Shown: positions 40,563-50,653 of the stretch, piece after piece | Layout: every line of letters starts with the position of its first letter | Position numbering within the stretch: position 1 is the first letter of the stretch | DNA from: Nemertoderma westbladi | Taxonomy: Eukaryota; Animalia; Xenacoelomorpha | NCBI GenBank assembly: GCA_032718475.1 | Contig: JAUCBJ010002196.1 | Location: forward strand, 1 to 64,000 | Reading direction: 5' to 3' | DNA length: 64,000 bases | Translations under genes and position numbers: made by a program | The notes under the pieces: model-generated | What the model saw: only the letters and a program-made list of their open reading frames with translations | Told to the model about the DNA's origin: nothing | The model's database searches: none

Positions 40563-40931
40563 GTCGGATTCGAACCTGGGACCTCGAGGTGGAAGCCGAG
40601 ACTACAACCACTAGGCCACAGGTTCTTGAGATATGGAGTATTAATTTCAAAGCCAGCTGCCATTTTATTAGCCCCTGAGTTTTTGATTATTGATAGTAAC
40701 AATGTGTTGGCAAGCTGTATTTTTCGAGGTGTTTGTTATTCTACATTTATTATAGGAAGGGATCTAGGGGTCTTAACCTCGAATGATAAGTTTATTTTAC
40801 CGAAAATAACTTATCTTTTATTGGCGCAATTGTAGGACTAATCCCATCACATGCGTACTTTTTAACCGGGTAGTGTACAAATTTAAGAATCGCGTAATTT
40901 TTCTTGAAATTAATATCTCATATCTCTCCAA

Positions 40932-40974
40932 ACCACGTACGCGTTTCGACCTTACTGGGTCTCATCAGCGTGGT
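40932..40974 (-). ncRNA. Minimal type I hammerhead ribozyme, copy 4
   Basis: Same sequence as 39696-39738 (+1236). Confidence 0.9.
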
Positions 40975-41079
40975 GTCGGATTCGAACCTGGGACCTCGAG
41001 GTGGAAGCCGAGACTACAACCACTAGGCCACAGGTTCTTGAGATATGGAGTATTAATTTCAAAGCCAGCTGCCATTTTA

Positions 41080-42481
41080 TGTCACACAAGACGCTCTGCT
41101 TGTGTCACACAATACTCTATGTCTGTGTCACACAATACGTTCTGCTTGTGTTACACAATACTGTCTACCTGTGTGACACAATACTCTCTGAGTGTGTGAA
41201 TTAATACTCACTGCCTGTGTCACACAATACTCTCGGAGTGTGTGACTCAACACTCTCTGCCTGTGTCACACAATACTATCAGCTTGTGTCACACAATACT
41301 CTCTGTCTGTGTCACACAATACTATTACCTTGTGTCACACAATACTCTCTGCCTGTGTGACACAATACTCTCTGAGTGTGTGAATTAATACTCACTGCCT
41401 GTGTCACACAATACTATCAGCTTGTGTCACACAATACTCTCTGAGTGTGTGACTCAATACTCTCTGCCTGTGTCACACAATACTCTCTGCTTGTGTCACA
41501 CAAGACGCTCTGCTTGTGTCACACAATACTCTATGTCTGTGTCACACAATACGTTCTGCTTGTGTCACACAATACTTTCTACCTGTGTCACAGAATACTC
41601 TCTGCCTGTGTCACACAATACTCTCTGTCTGTGTCACACAATACTCTCTGCCTGTGTCACACAATACTCTCTGCCTGTGTCACACAATACTATCAGCTTG
41701 TGTCTGCGGGTGTCACACAATACTCTCTGCCTGCGTCACACAATACTCCTGCTTCTGTCACACAATACGCTCTGCTTGTGTCACACAATACTCTCAGTCT
41801 GTGTCACACAAGACGCTCTGCTTGGGTCACACAATCCTCCCTGTATGTGTCATACAATACTATCAGCTTCTGTCACGCAATACTCTCTGCCTGTGTCACA
41901 CAATACTCTCTGAGTGTGTGACTCAATACTCTCTGCCTGTGTCACAATACTATCAGCTTGTGTCATACAATACTCTCTGCCTGTGTCACACAATACTCTC
42001 TGCTTGTGTCACACAATACTCTCTGCCTGTGTCACACAATACTCCTGCTTGTGTCACACAAGACGCTCTGCTTGTGTCACACAATACTCTCTGTCTATGT
42101 CACACAATACTATCAGCTTGTGTCACACAATACTCTCTGTCTGTGTCACACAATACTCTCGGAGTGTGTGACTCAACACTCTCTGCCTGTGTCACACAAT
42201 ACTATCAGCTTGTGTCACACAATACTCTCTGTCTGTGTCACACAATACTCTCTACCTGTGTCACAGAATACTCTCTACCTGTGTCACGCAATACTCTCTG
42301 CCTGTGTCACACAATACTCTCTGCCTCTGCCACACAATACTCTCTGCTTGTGTCACACAATACTATCTGCCTGTGACACACAATACTCTCTGCTTGTGCC
42401 ACACAATACTCTCTACCTGTGTCACGCAATATTCTCTGCCTGTGTCACACAATACACTCTGCCTGTGTCACACAATACTCT
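41080..42481. repeat. Continuation of the 23-bp satellite (more diverged edge)
   Basis: Same TGTGTCACACAATACTCTCTGC units with more private substitutions and indels. Confidence 0.96.
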
Positions 42482-42676
42482 GACATCCCCATTGGTGATA
42501 TAACATTCCAAGAGGTCTTGTCTGCTTCAAAGCTCATTAAAACCAATAGGGCATTCGGGGTTGATGATGATTTAAGAGAATGAATTTTTTCACTTGTTTT
42601 GGGCTTTATCAACAAGATACTTATTTTCTACAAACTCCCGAGTATACCAAGGGTGTGGAAAAGAATTTGTGTGATC
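42482..42676 (+). pseudogene. Decayed LINE reverse transcriptase N-terminal fragment (RTE-like)
   Basis: Manual translation from 42482: DIPIGDITFQEVLSASKLIKTNRAFGVDDDLRE*IFSLVLGFINKIL...PSIPRVWKRICVI. This matches the non-LTR RT pattern IT..EV..A.K.LK.NKA.G.D...L...N......P..WK...I. Confidence 0.65.
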
Positions 42677-43011
42677 AGATACATCAACTGGAATTTGATT
42701 GGACTCATAACTATTTGTAGCACATTAGGGCACAGAATCTGACGGATTCTTTGCGAATTTCGCACGTTTCCGAAAAATGCGCAATATTTTGAATAATTAT
42801 ATAATTTAATTTTTTCTCCTATTTTATTCCCTTCGGGACGCTGTTTTTAACCCTTTGCGTACCAAAGAGAAATTACATAAATTTTTACTTCCAAGGACCA
42901 AAAAAATTATATTTGATACGACCAAGGTTTATTTTCTTGCCGTACCAGAGATTTTTATATAAAGAGGATAAGGGCAATTCCATAGGTTTGGAGTCGTTTC
43001 ATAATCGGTTG

Positions 43012-43141
43012 GAATTTATGTCTCCTATAACCCAAATTTACTGAATTTTTGTCTCCTATAACCCAAATTTACTGAATTTATGTCTCCTATAACCCAAATT
43101 TACTGAATTTATGTCTCCTATAACCCAAATTTACTGAATTT
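43012..43141. repeat. 31-bp tandem repeat (~4.2 copies) GAATTTATGTCTCCTATAACCCAAATTTACT
   Basis: Direct inspection. Confidence 0.92.
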
Positions 43142-43467
43142 TTCAAAACTGGCAAAAAATTCAAGTTTGGGGTAAAATAACATCACTAAAATATGTAAGA
43201 CTTACTCGAGTTATAAAAATGAGAAGACAAAAGTGAATTATTTAAAATATACCCTTCTTTGTAAATTGTTCCCTATTGCCACAAAACTAGATAGCCAGTA
43301 AGCTGGCTTTAAACGAACCTGCCCCTCAAACCAGTACCCTGAGTGAGCAAAAATGGAACACGATAATTGCCATCAACTCAACGATAGAAACACCAGCTGC
43401 TGGTACTCATGAGGGCCTAGTAAGCTACTACTATTGATTGAATGGATAGGCCCAAACTGCATAGAAG

Positions 43468-43750
43468 TAATAATAATAATAATAATAATAATTCAAATTT
43501 ATATAGCATCTTTCTGGGCATTTTTCAAGGTGCTTAAAAACGGACATAATATGTACAGTAAAAACAATATACAATGAAATAAAATTATTGATAGAGTTAG
43601 ATACATATTAATAATTATATTCTTTAGTAAAAAAGTGCGTTTTCAGTTTTGATTAAAAGATGTTAATGATGGGGCTAACCGCACCTCCCGAGGTAACGCG
43701 TTCCACAATCGAGGGGCCGCCACTGAAAAATCACGTCTGCCGTAATTTTC
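43468..43750 (-). mobile_element. L2-clade LINE 3' fragment with (TTA)n tail
   Basis: Minus strand encodes YGRRDFSVAAPRLWNALPREVRLAPSLTSF, then after a frameshift SKLKTHFF, the typical L2 C-terminus. It is followed by ...GCTATATAAAT and a (TTA)n microsatellite tail at 43468-43491. Confidence 0.82.
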
Positions 43751-43822
43751 CAAGGAATTATAAATATATATATATGACGAGTAAGGGTCTTGAGCCACGG
43801 CTAATATAATATAATGTTAGTT

Positions 43823-43865
43823 TACCATATAGCTATTTCACGCTTCCCGAGCGTCTTCACTGGTA
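43823..43865 (-). ncRNA. Hammerhead-like motif with non-canonical core (Penelope-like-element type)
   Basis: Minus strand: TACCA-GTGAAGA-CGCT-cggga-AGCG-T-GAAA-TAGCTA-TA-TGGTA. All three helices are present and helix III is palindromic (ATAGCTAT), but C3 is G and there is an extra T before GAAA. Confidence 0.5.
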
Positions 43866-44014
43866 TATTATTTTAAACACAATATTAATAAAATTTAACT
43901 AAAAAAACCAGTTCAAAGCCTAAAAAGATATATACAAAACCGATACCGTTATGATACTGTACAGTAGTTATGACTATTTTAATAAATTTGGATTTAATTT
44001 GGAATTTATTTCAA

Positions 44015-44369
44015 TTTGGATACTAATACCTAACGATGGGAGGTTAAGCGGGACCGTTTGGACACTAATACCTAACGATGGGAGGTTACGCGGGACCGTT
44101 TGGACACTAATACCTAACGATGGGAGGTTAAGCGGGACCGTTTGGACACTAATACCTAACGATGGGAGGTTACGCGGGACCGTTTGGACACTAATACCTA
44201 AAGGATGGGAGGTTACGCGGGACCGTTTGGACACTAATACCTAACGATGGGAGGTTACGCGGGACCGTTTGGACACTAATACCTAACGATGGGAGGTTAC
44301 GCGGGACCGTTTGGACACTAATACCTAACGATGGGAGGTTACGCGGGACCGTTTGGACACTAATACCTA
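44015..44369. repeat. 42-bp tandem repeat (~8.4 copies) TGGACACTAATACCTAACGATGGGAGGTTACGCGGGACCGTT
   Basis: Direct inspection; one copy has a 1-nt insertion near 44201. Confidence 0.95.
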
Positions 44370-45106
44370 GCGAACGCAAGTCAGCATTATATTTGCGGAT
44401 AACGGGTGCTAGGACAGGCAGGAACTGAGGGGTCGTAGGGAGATATATAGAGGTGTATTTTGGCCCACTCGATGTAGTCTTTTTTAAATTTTGGGGCGCT
44501 GATGGACCATCCATCCATCCGATTTACTCAATTCTAGAATAATCTGGAAGCGCCACGGCCAAACTAACCGTCATATCGTCGCACCTACAACCGCCCACGG
44601 TATCCACTTTAAAATATGTGAAAACTTTCCACTGCCTCACCGACTGCAGCTGTAAATATAAAACATAAATTTGTATAGATTGACATCTTTATTAGGTTGT
44701 GCTACTAAAAAATGCACGTCGTTTGGAGTGATCCAGAAGTAGCTATATAGTAGGGCATAAATCAACGTATGTGGGTTACTTGCATTATTGATCCTCACTA
44801 CCTAGAGTAGAGAAAGTTGTGAAAGCTGGAAGAAATTATTTCATAAACTCCCTTCAGAGGGCCACTAAAGTTGTTTTCCAATTGCAGAGCATTTTGGTAA
44901 CTAACTAACTATAAACAAATCGCTGACCGAGGGGCAAACCAATTGCTTGGCAGAAAATGGATTCATTAGCCAAGTGTCGTCCATCAGTTCAGATAATCAA
45001 AATGTTTTCTATGTTATGTTAGAATGCTAAGAAAATTATTAGGAAACAATTTCATATCATCCTCGAATGTAAGCCTTACCGTGCAACTGTGATCCTTACT
45101 TTTACG

Positions 45107-46008
45107 TCAACCGATTAGCCAATGATAGAGCAGAAATCAGTTGGCTAAGGGGTCTTGATAAAGTGCCATGTAGGGGCAAACCAAGTGCTTGGAAGGGAAT
45201 GGATTCAGTCGCCAAATAACATCCGATCGGTTCATATCTAAACATTTTTATCGTGTATAACTATAAAAAAGAATTATCTTCCCATTGCAGAATGAAATCG
45301 ATATCTTGGATGTTACTTCGTTTTACATCAACCGATTAGCCAATGACAGAGCAGAAATCAGTTGGCTAAGGGGTCTTGATAAAGTGCCATGTAGGGGCAA
45401 ACCAAGTGCTTGGAAGGGAATGGATTCAGTCGCCAAATAACATCCGATCGGTTCATATCTAAACATTTTTATCGTGTATAACTATAAAAAAGAATTATAT
45501 TCCCATTGCAGAATGAAATCGAGATCTTGGATGTTACTTAGTTTTACATCAACCGATTAGCCAATGACAGAGCAGAAATCAGTTGGCTAAGGGGTCTTGA
45601 TAAAGTGCCATGTAGGGGCAAACCAAGTGCTTGGAAGGGAATGGATTCAGTCGCCAAATAACATCCGATCGGTTCATATCTAAACATTTTTATCAGTGTA
45701 TAACTATAAAAAAGAATTATCTTCCCATTGCAGAATGAAATCGATATCTTGGATGTTACTTCGTTTTACATCGACCGATTAGCCAATGACAGAGCAGAAA
45801 TCAGTTGGCTAAGGGGTCTTGATAAAGTGCCATGTAGGGGCAAACCAAGTGCTTGGAAGGGAATGGATTCAGTCGCCAAATAACATCCGATCGGTTCATA
45901 TCTAAACATTTTTATCCTGTATAACTATAAAAAAGAATTATCTTCCCATTGCAGAATGAAATCGAGATCTTGGATGTTACTTCGTTTTACATCAACCGAT
46001 TAGCCAAT
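45107..46008. repeat. ~221-bp tandem repeat (4 copies, plus a degenerate upstream copy from ~44930)
   Basis: TCAACCGATTAGCCAAT recurs at 45107, 45328, 45549, 45771, 45992. Each unit has the inverted pair TTAGCCAA...TTGGCTAA. Confidence 0.93.
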
Positions 46009-46197
46009 CAGAGATCAGGTTGTTTAATGATGGTCCTAGAGTACATTTCGTAGCCAACACCCTCCCTACAACGGTCATCCATCTTCACTGCGTGTTTGCA
46101 ACGACAAATTATTTGAAATGTGCAGAAATTTTGTGGGATTTGATAGAATAGAATGAATCCCGGATGTGTTGTATGAGAAGGACTTCACGGATAGTCA

Positions 46198-48272
46198 GTC
46201 AGTCACAGGAGGGGCGATGGAGCGCGGTTGGAATAGCTGGTGTATCCCGGACTCAATGGACAGTCACAGGAGGGGCGATGGACTGCGGTTGGAATAGTTG
46301 GTGTATCCCGGACTCCACGGACAGTCACAGGAGGGGCGATGGTCCGCGGTTGGATTATTTGGTGTATCCCTGACTCAATGGACAGTCACGGGAGGGGCGA
46401 TGGACCGCGGTTGGAATAGTTGGTGTATCCCGGACTCCACGGACAGTAACGGGAGGGGCGATGGACCACGGTTGTAATAGTTGGTGTATCCCGGACTCCA
46501 CAGACAGTAACGGGAGGGGCGATGGACCGCGGTTGGAATAGTTGGTGTATCCCGGACTCCACGGACAGTAACGGGAGGGGCGATGGACCGCGGTTGGAAT
46601 AGTTGGTGTATCCCGGACTCCACGGACAGTCACAGGAGGGGCGATGGACCGCGGTTGGAATAGTTGGTGTATCCCGGACTAAATGGACAGTCACAGGAGG
46701 GGCAATGGACCGCGGTTGGAATAGTTGGTGCATCCCGGACTCCATGGACAGTCACAGGAGGGGCGATGGACCGCGGTTGGAATAGTTGGTGTATCCCGGA
46801 CTCCATGGACAGTCACAGGAGGGGCGATGGACCACGGTTGGAATAGTTAGTGTATCCCTGACTCAATGGAGAGTCACAGGAGGGGCGATGGACCGCGGTT
46901 GGAATAGTTGGTGTATTCCGGACTCAATGGAGAGTCACGGAAGGGGCGATGGACCGCGGTTGGAATAGTTGGTGTATCCCGGACTCCACGGACAGTCACA
47001 GGAGGGGCGATGGACCGCGGTTGGAATAGTTGGTGTATCCCGGATTCAATGGAGAGTCACGGGAGGGGCGATTGACCGCGGTTGGAATAGTTGGTGTATC
47101 CCGGACTCAATGGAAAGTCACGGGAGGGGCGATGGACTGCGGTTGGAATAGTTGGTGTATCCCAGACTCCACGGACAGTCACAGGAGGGGCGATGGACCG
47201 CGGTTGGAATAGTTGGTGTATCCCGGACTCAATGGAGAGTCACGGGAGGGGCGATGGACCGCGGTTGGAATAGTTGGTGTATCCCGGACTCAATGGAGAG
47301 TCATGGGGGGGGGGGGGGGGGCGATGGACCAAGGTTGGAATATTTGGTGTATCCCGGACTCAATGGAGAGTCACGGGAGGGGCGATGGACCGCGGTTGGA
47401 ATAGTTGGTGTATCCCGGACTCAATGGAGAGTCACGGGGGGGGGGGGGGGCGATGGACCGCGGTTGGAATATTTGGTGTATCCCGGACTCAATTGAGAGT
47501 CACGGGAGGGCGATGGACCGCGGTTGGAATAGTTGGTGTATTCCGGACTCCATGGACAGTCACTGGAGGGGCGATGGTCCGCGGTTGGAATAGTTGGTGT
47601 ATCCCGGACTCCACGGACAGTCACATGTGGGCCGATGGACCGCGGTTGGGATGGTTGGTGTATCCCAGACTCCACAGACAGTCACATGTGGGCCGATGGA
47701 CCGCGGTTGGGATGGTTGGTGTATCCCGGACTCAATGGACAGTCACAGGAGGGGCAATTTACCGCGGTTCGAATAGTTGGTGTATCCCGGACTCCACGGA
47801 CAGTCACATGTGGGCCGATGGACCGCGGTTGGGATGGTTGGTGTATCCCAGACTCCACGGACAGTCACATGTGGGCCGATGGACCGCGGTTGGGATGGTT
47901 GGTGTATCCCGGACTCAATGGACAGTCACAGGAGGGGCAATGGACCGCGGTTGGAATAGTTGGTGTATCCCGGACTCAATGGAGAGTCACGGGGGGGCGA
48001 TGGACCGCGGTTGGAATAGTTGGTGTATTCCGGACTCCACGGACAGTCACAGGAGGGGCGATGGTCCGCGGTTGGAATAGTTGGTGTATCCCAGACTCCA
48101 CGGACAGTCACATGTGGGCCGATGGACCGCGGTTGGGATGGTTGGTGTATCCCAGACTCCACGGACAGTCACATGTGGGCAGATGGACCGCGGTTGGGAT
48201 GGTTGGTGTATCCCGGACTCAATGGACAGTCACAGGAGGGGCGATGGACCGCGGTTGGAATAGTTGGTGTAT
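46198..48272. repeat. 61-bp GC-rich minisatellite (~34 copies) GACAGTCACAGGAGGGGCGATGGACCGCGGTTGGAATAGTTGGTGTATCCCGGACTCCACG
   Basis: Direct inspection; poly-G expansions near 47305-47321 and 47436-47450. Confidence 0.96.
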
Positions 48273-48699
48273 CTCAGTAAAGCGGTTAAGAGGAAAGTCA
48301 TACATGACATGACCGGGATAATTTAACTAAACCTGTAACGGCTCATTCCATGAAAAGGTCAACCTCCCCACTAATTTCGAAAAATGAGATGTAGCTTTTA
48401 ATTTATACTTATTTTAGGTCGAAATTTATCGTACTTCATGAATTCAGTGCTAAAAATTGTATCAACACAGGTGGTTTCTCAAAAATAGTCGAATTAAAAA
48501 TTATGCACGTGCTCTGCACAAAATGTGAATAAAAGTGTGCAAAAGTTTCCTTTCCTGTAGGCACTTCCCATGAGCAATAAATTAACATTTCTGAGCATGT
48601 ACCAAATCAAAAACAAACCCATTTTCGAATTTTTTTGGTTTCATTTAATTTCACCAGTGTTTCATTCCTCTGTAATGAAATCGATAAAGTTAATCATGT

Positions 48700-50235
48700 G
48701 ATGTCCCATACTTTACCTAAAATAGTGAAATTTTTAGTTTATTCACAGAGATGTAACTCAGCCTAATCACCCAGTGGAATGCAAAGCACGTTTGTGTTGC
48801 GTCATCGTATAAAACAATTAGTTTCATCTTCACTTCCTCAGAAATATCATGGGGGCCAATTGAAAATTGTCCCATACTTTACCATTAAAATGGCGATTAT
48901 ATTAGTGCACTGTATTAATCTAATATGTGAAGCCAGGAGTGTTATAATACTCTAAGGTCATAGTCGGTCGTAAGAATATGAGTCTATATTTTAACTGAGA
49001 ATCATTCCTCGGTCAAGAAATCTTTGGGTTTGTGCATGTAAAGTCCCGTACATTGTTAATGGTACCCATATGCTGACTTCTTTGCTCAGATTGTGGTTAA
49101 GCACTGTCCCATACTTTACCAACAATAGTTAAATTTTTAATTTATACACAGAGAAGAAGTCTAACTCAGCCCAATCACCCAGTGGAATGCAAACCTCATT
49201 TGTGATGCGTCATCTTAAGAAACAATTACCTGTAGTTTCATAATCTACTCCCTAGAAACGTCATGACGGCCAATTGAAAATTGTCCCATACTTTACCATT
49301 ATAATGGCGATTACATTTTTGTGCACTCTATTAATGTAATATATGAAACCTGGAGGGCAGGAGTGTAATAATGCTTTAGGGTGATAGTAGGGGGAAGCAT
49401 AGAAGTATGTATTTGAACTAAGAATCATTCCTCAGTTAACTAATCTTTGAGTTTATGCATGTAAAGTCCCGTACTTTACAACAAATTTCAAAAAATGTAG
49501 TTTTTTAGCAGATAAGAAGATCGGTACGTACAGTAATTGATACATTTTCAGAAAAATGGAAACAATTTCTAAACTTTTCACAGAATACATGTGTGCCAAG
49601 TTTGGTTATATTTCATCAATGATTGGCGGACTTATTTCGGTTTTTACCAAAATTTTGAAACTATCGGTACCAACAGACAGACTGTCTGATATGTGACCTT
49701 TGATTCATTAAACCTCAGATTCTTTCCAAACTTTTGACAGACTTCATACAGTACGTACCAAGTTTGGTTTAATTTCATATATAAATGACCGAGTTATACA
49801 GTATTAGCGATCAAAAATTAGACAGATGACAGACAACTCCTCAACGGCACCCATATGCTAAGACTTCGGGTCAATTTGAGGGTCGCCCCACATTTTACAT
49901 CCATATCTTGGTTGGAAATACTTAGTTGCACTTTATTATCACTAATTATCCAGAAATTACTGTTATGTTAAGTGTAAGAGACCATTTTGACAATAAAATT
50001 CGTACAGGTCCCGTACTTTACCTAGCAATGTCCCATACTTTACCACACACACCACACTGTAAAAAATTAGCCATGTAGCAATTCGTCTGATATTTATATT
50101 TTTATTGAAGCTTAATAATACAGTTTTATCCTAAACATTAACTCAACACCGTACCTGCGCACAATTCGCTAAACTTTAGAATTGAAATCATAAAATAAAA
50201 AAAACCATTTCGTACGAATCCGTACTTTACCTTAA
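48700..50235. repeat. Region with dispersed 14-bp motif GTCCC(A/G)TACTTTAC and a diverged ~410-bp duplication; probable non-autonomous DNA transposon interior
   Basis: Motif at ~48703, 48869, 49106, 49283, 49466, 50008, 50030, with partial copies at 49043 and 50218. 48700-49050 aligns by eye with 49105-49475. Confidence 0.55.
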
Positions 50236-50653
50236 TTAGACAAGTTGGTGTTTTCTCAAAAGTGTCCAAGACCCGCCATAAGCTTCGCGAGATTTCATTT
50301 TGGCGTGAATGCTTTAAAGAGACTAGTTACTGTAGCTAAATAGCTAAATGAGTTATTTTTATTCGCAAAGTTTATATCATCTTAGTCTATTCTATACAAT
50401 ATTTATCCTAAAACACTAAAACAATTTATTTAAATTTGACAATTTATTTTATTAAGTCAGCAGTAAATGCATTATGCAATTTACATTTTAGTTTCATAGA
50501 AATTATTATTCTATCCAGATCCATTTGTTAATTGGTAATTGATCTATATGGAAATAAATACTGTAGAATGAAGATGCCATACAACTACTCTACAGTAATT
50601 AATTGTACCTTATTAGGTCCACTCTATGTAATATTAATAGTAATAAAGTACAG

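Larger units (their letters stand above)
39506..41080 (-). mobile_element. Tandem array (~3.8 x 412 bp) of a retrozyme/SINE-like unit: tRNA-derived Pol III head + type I hammerhead ribozyme
   Basis: 412-bp periodicity (units start 39506, 39918, 40330, 40742); copies look identical. Each has A/B boxes and a CTGATGA...GAAA...GTA hammerhead core on the minus strand. Confidence 0.88.

Noticed and set aside
39637-41199. Repeated 124-aa plus-strand ORF in the 412-bp units
   Set aside because: It starts at GTG, has no recognisable domain and is antisense to the tRNA-like/hammerhead elements; GFEPGT is the usual translation of an antisense B box.
10825-42503. Hundreds of Cys/His-rich ORFs (SHNTLCLCHTILSACVTQY...) up to 574 aa
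   Set aside because: These are translations of a 23-bp repeat that cycles through all three frames. The same peptide appears in every frame and there is no gene structure.
42847-42865. piggyBac-like terminus TTAA|CCCTTTGCGTACC
   Set aside because: No matching inverted terminus was found in the window, so it is not supportable as an element.
46164-48312. Gly/Trp-rich ORFs on both strands
   Set aside because: Artefacts of the 61-bp minisatellite.
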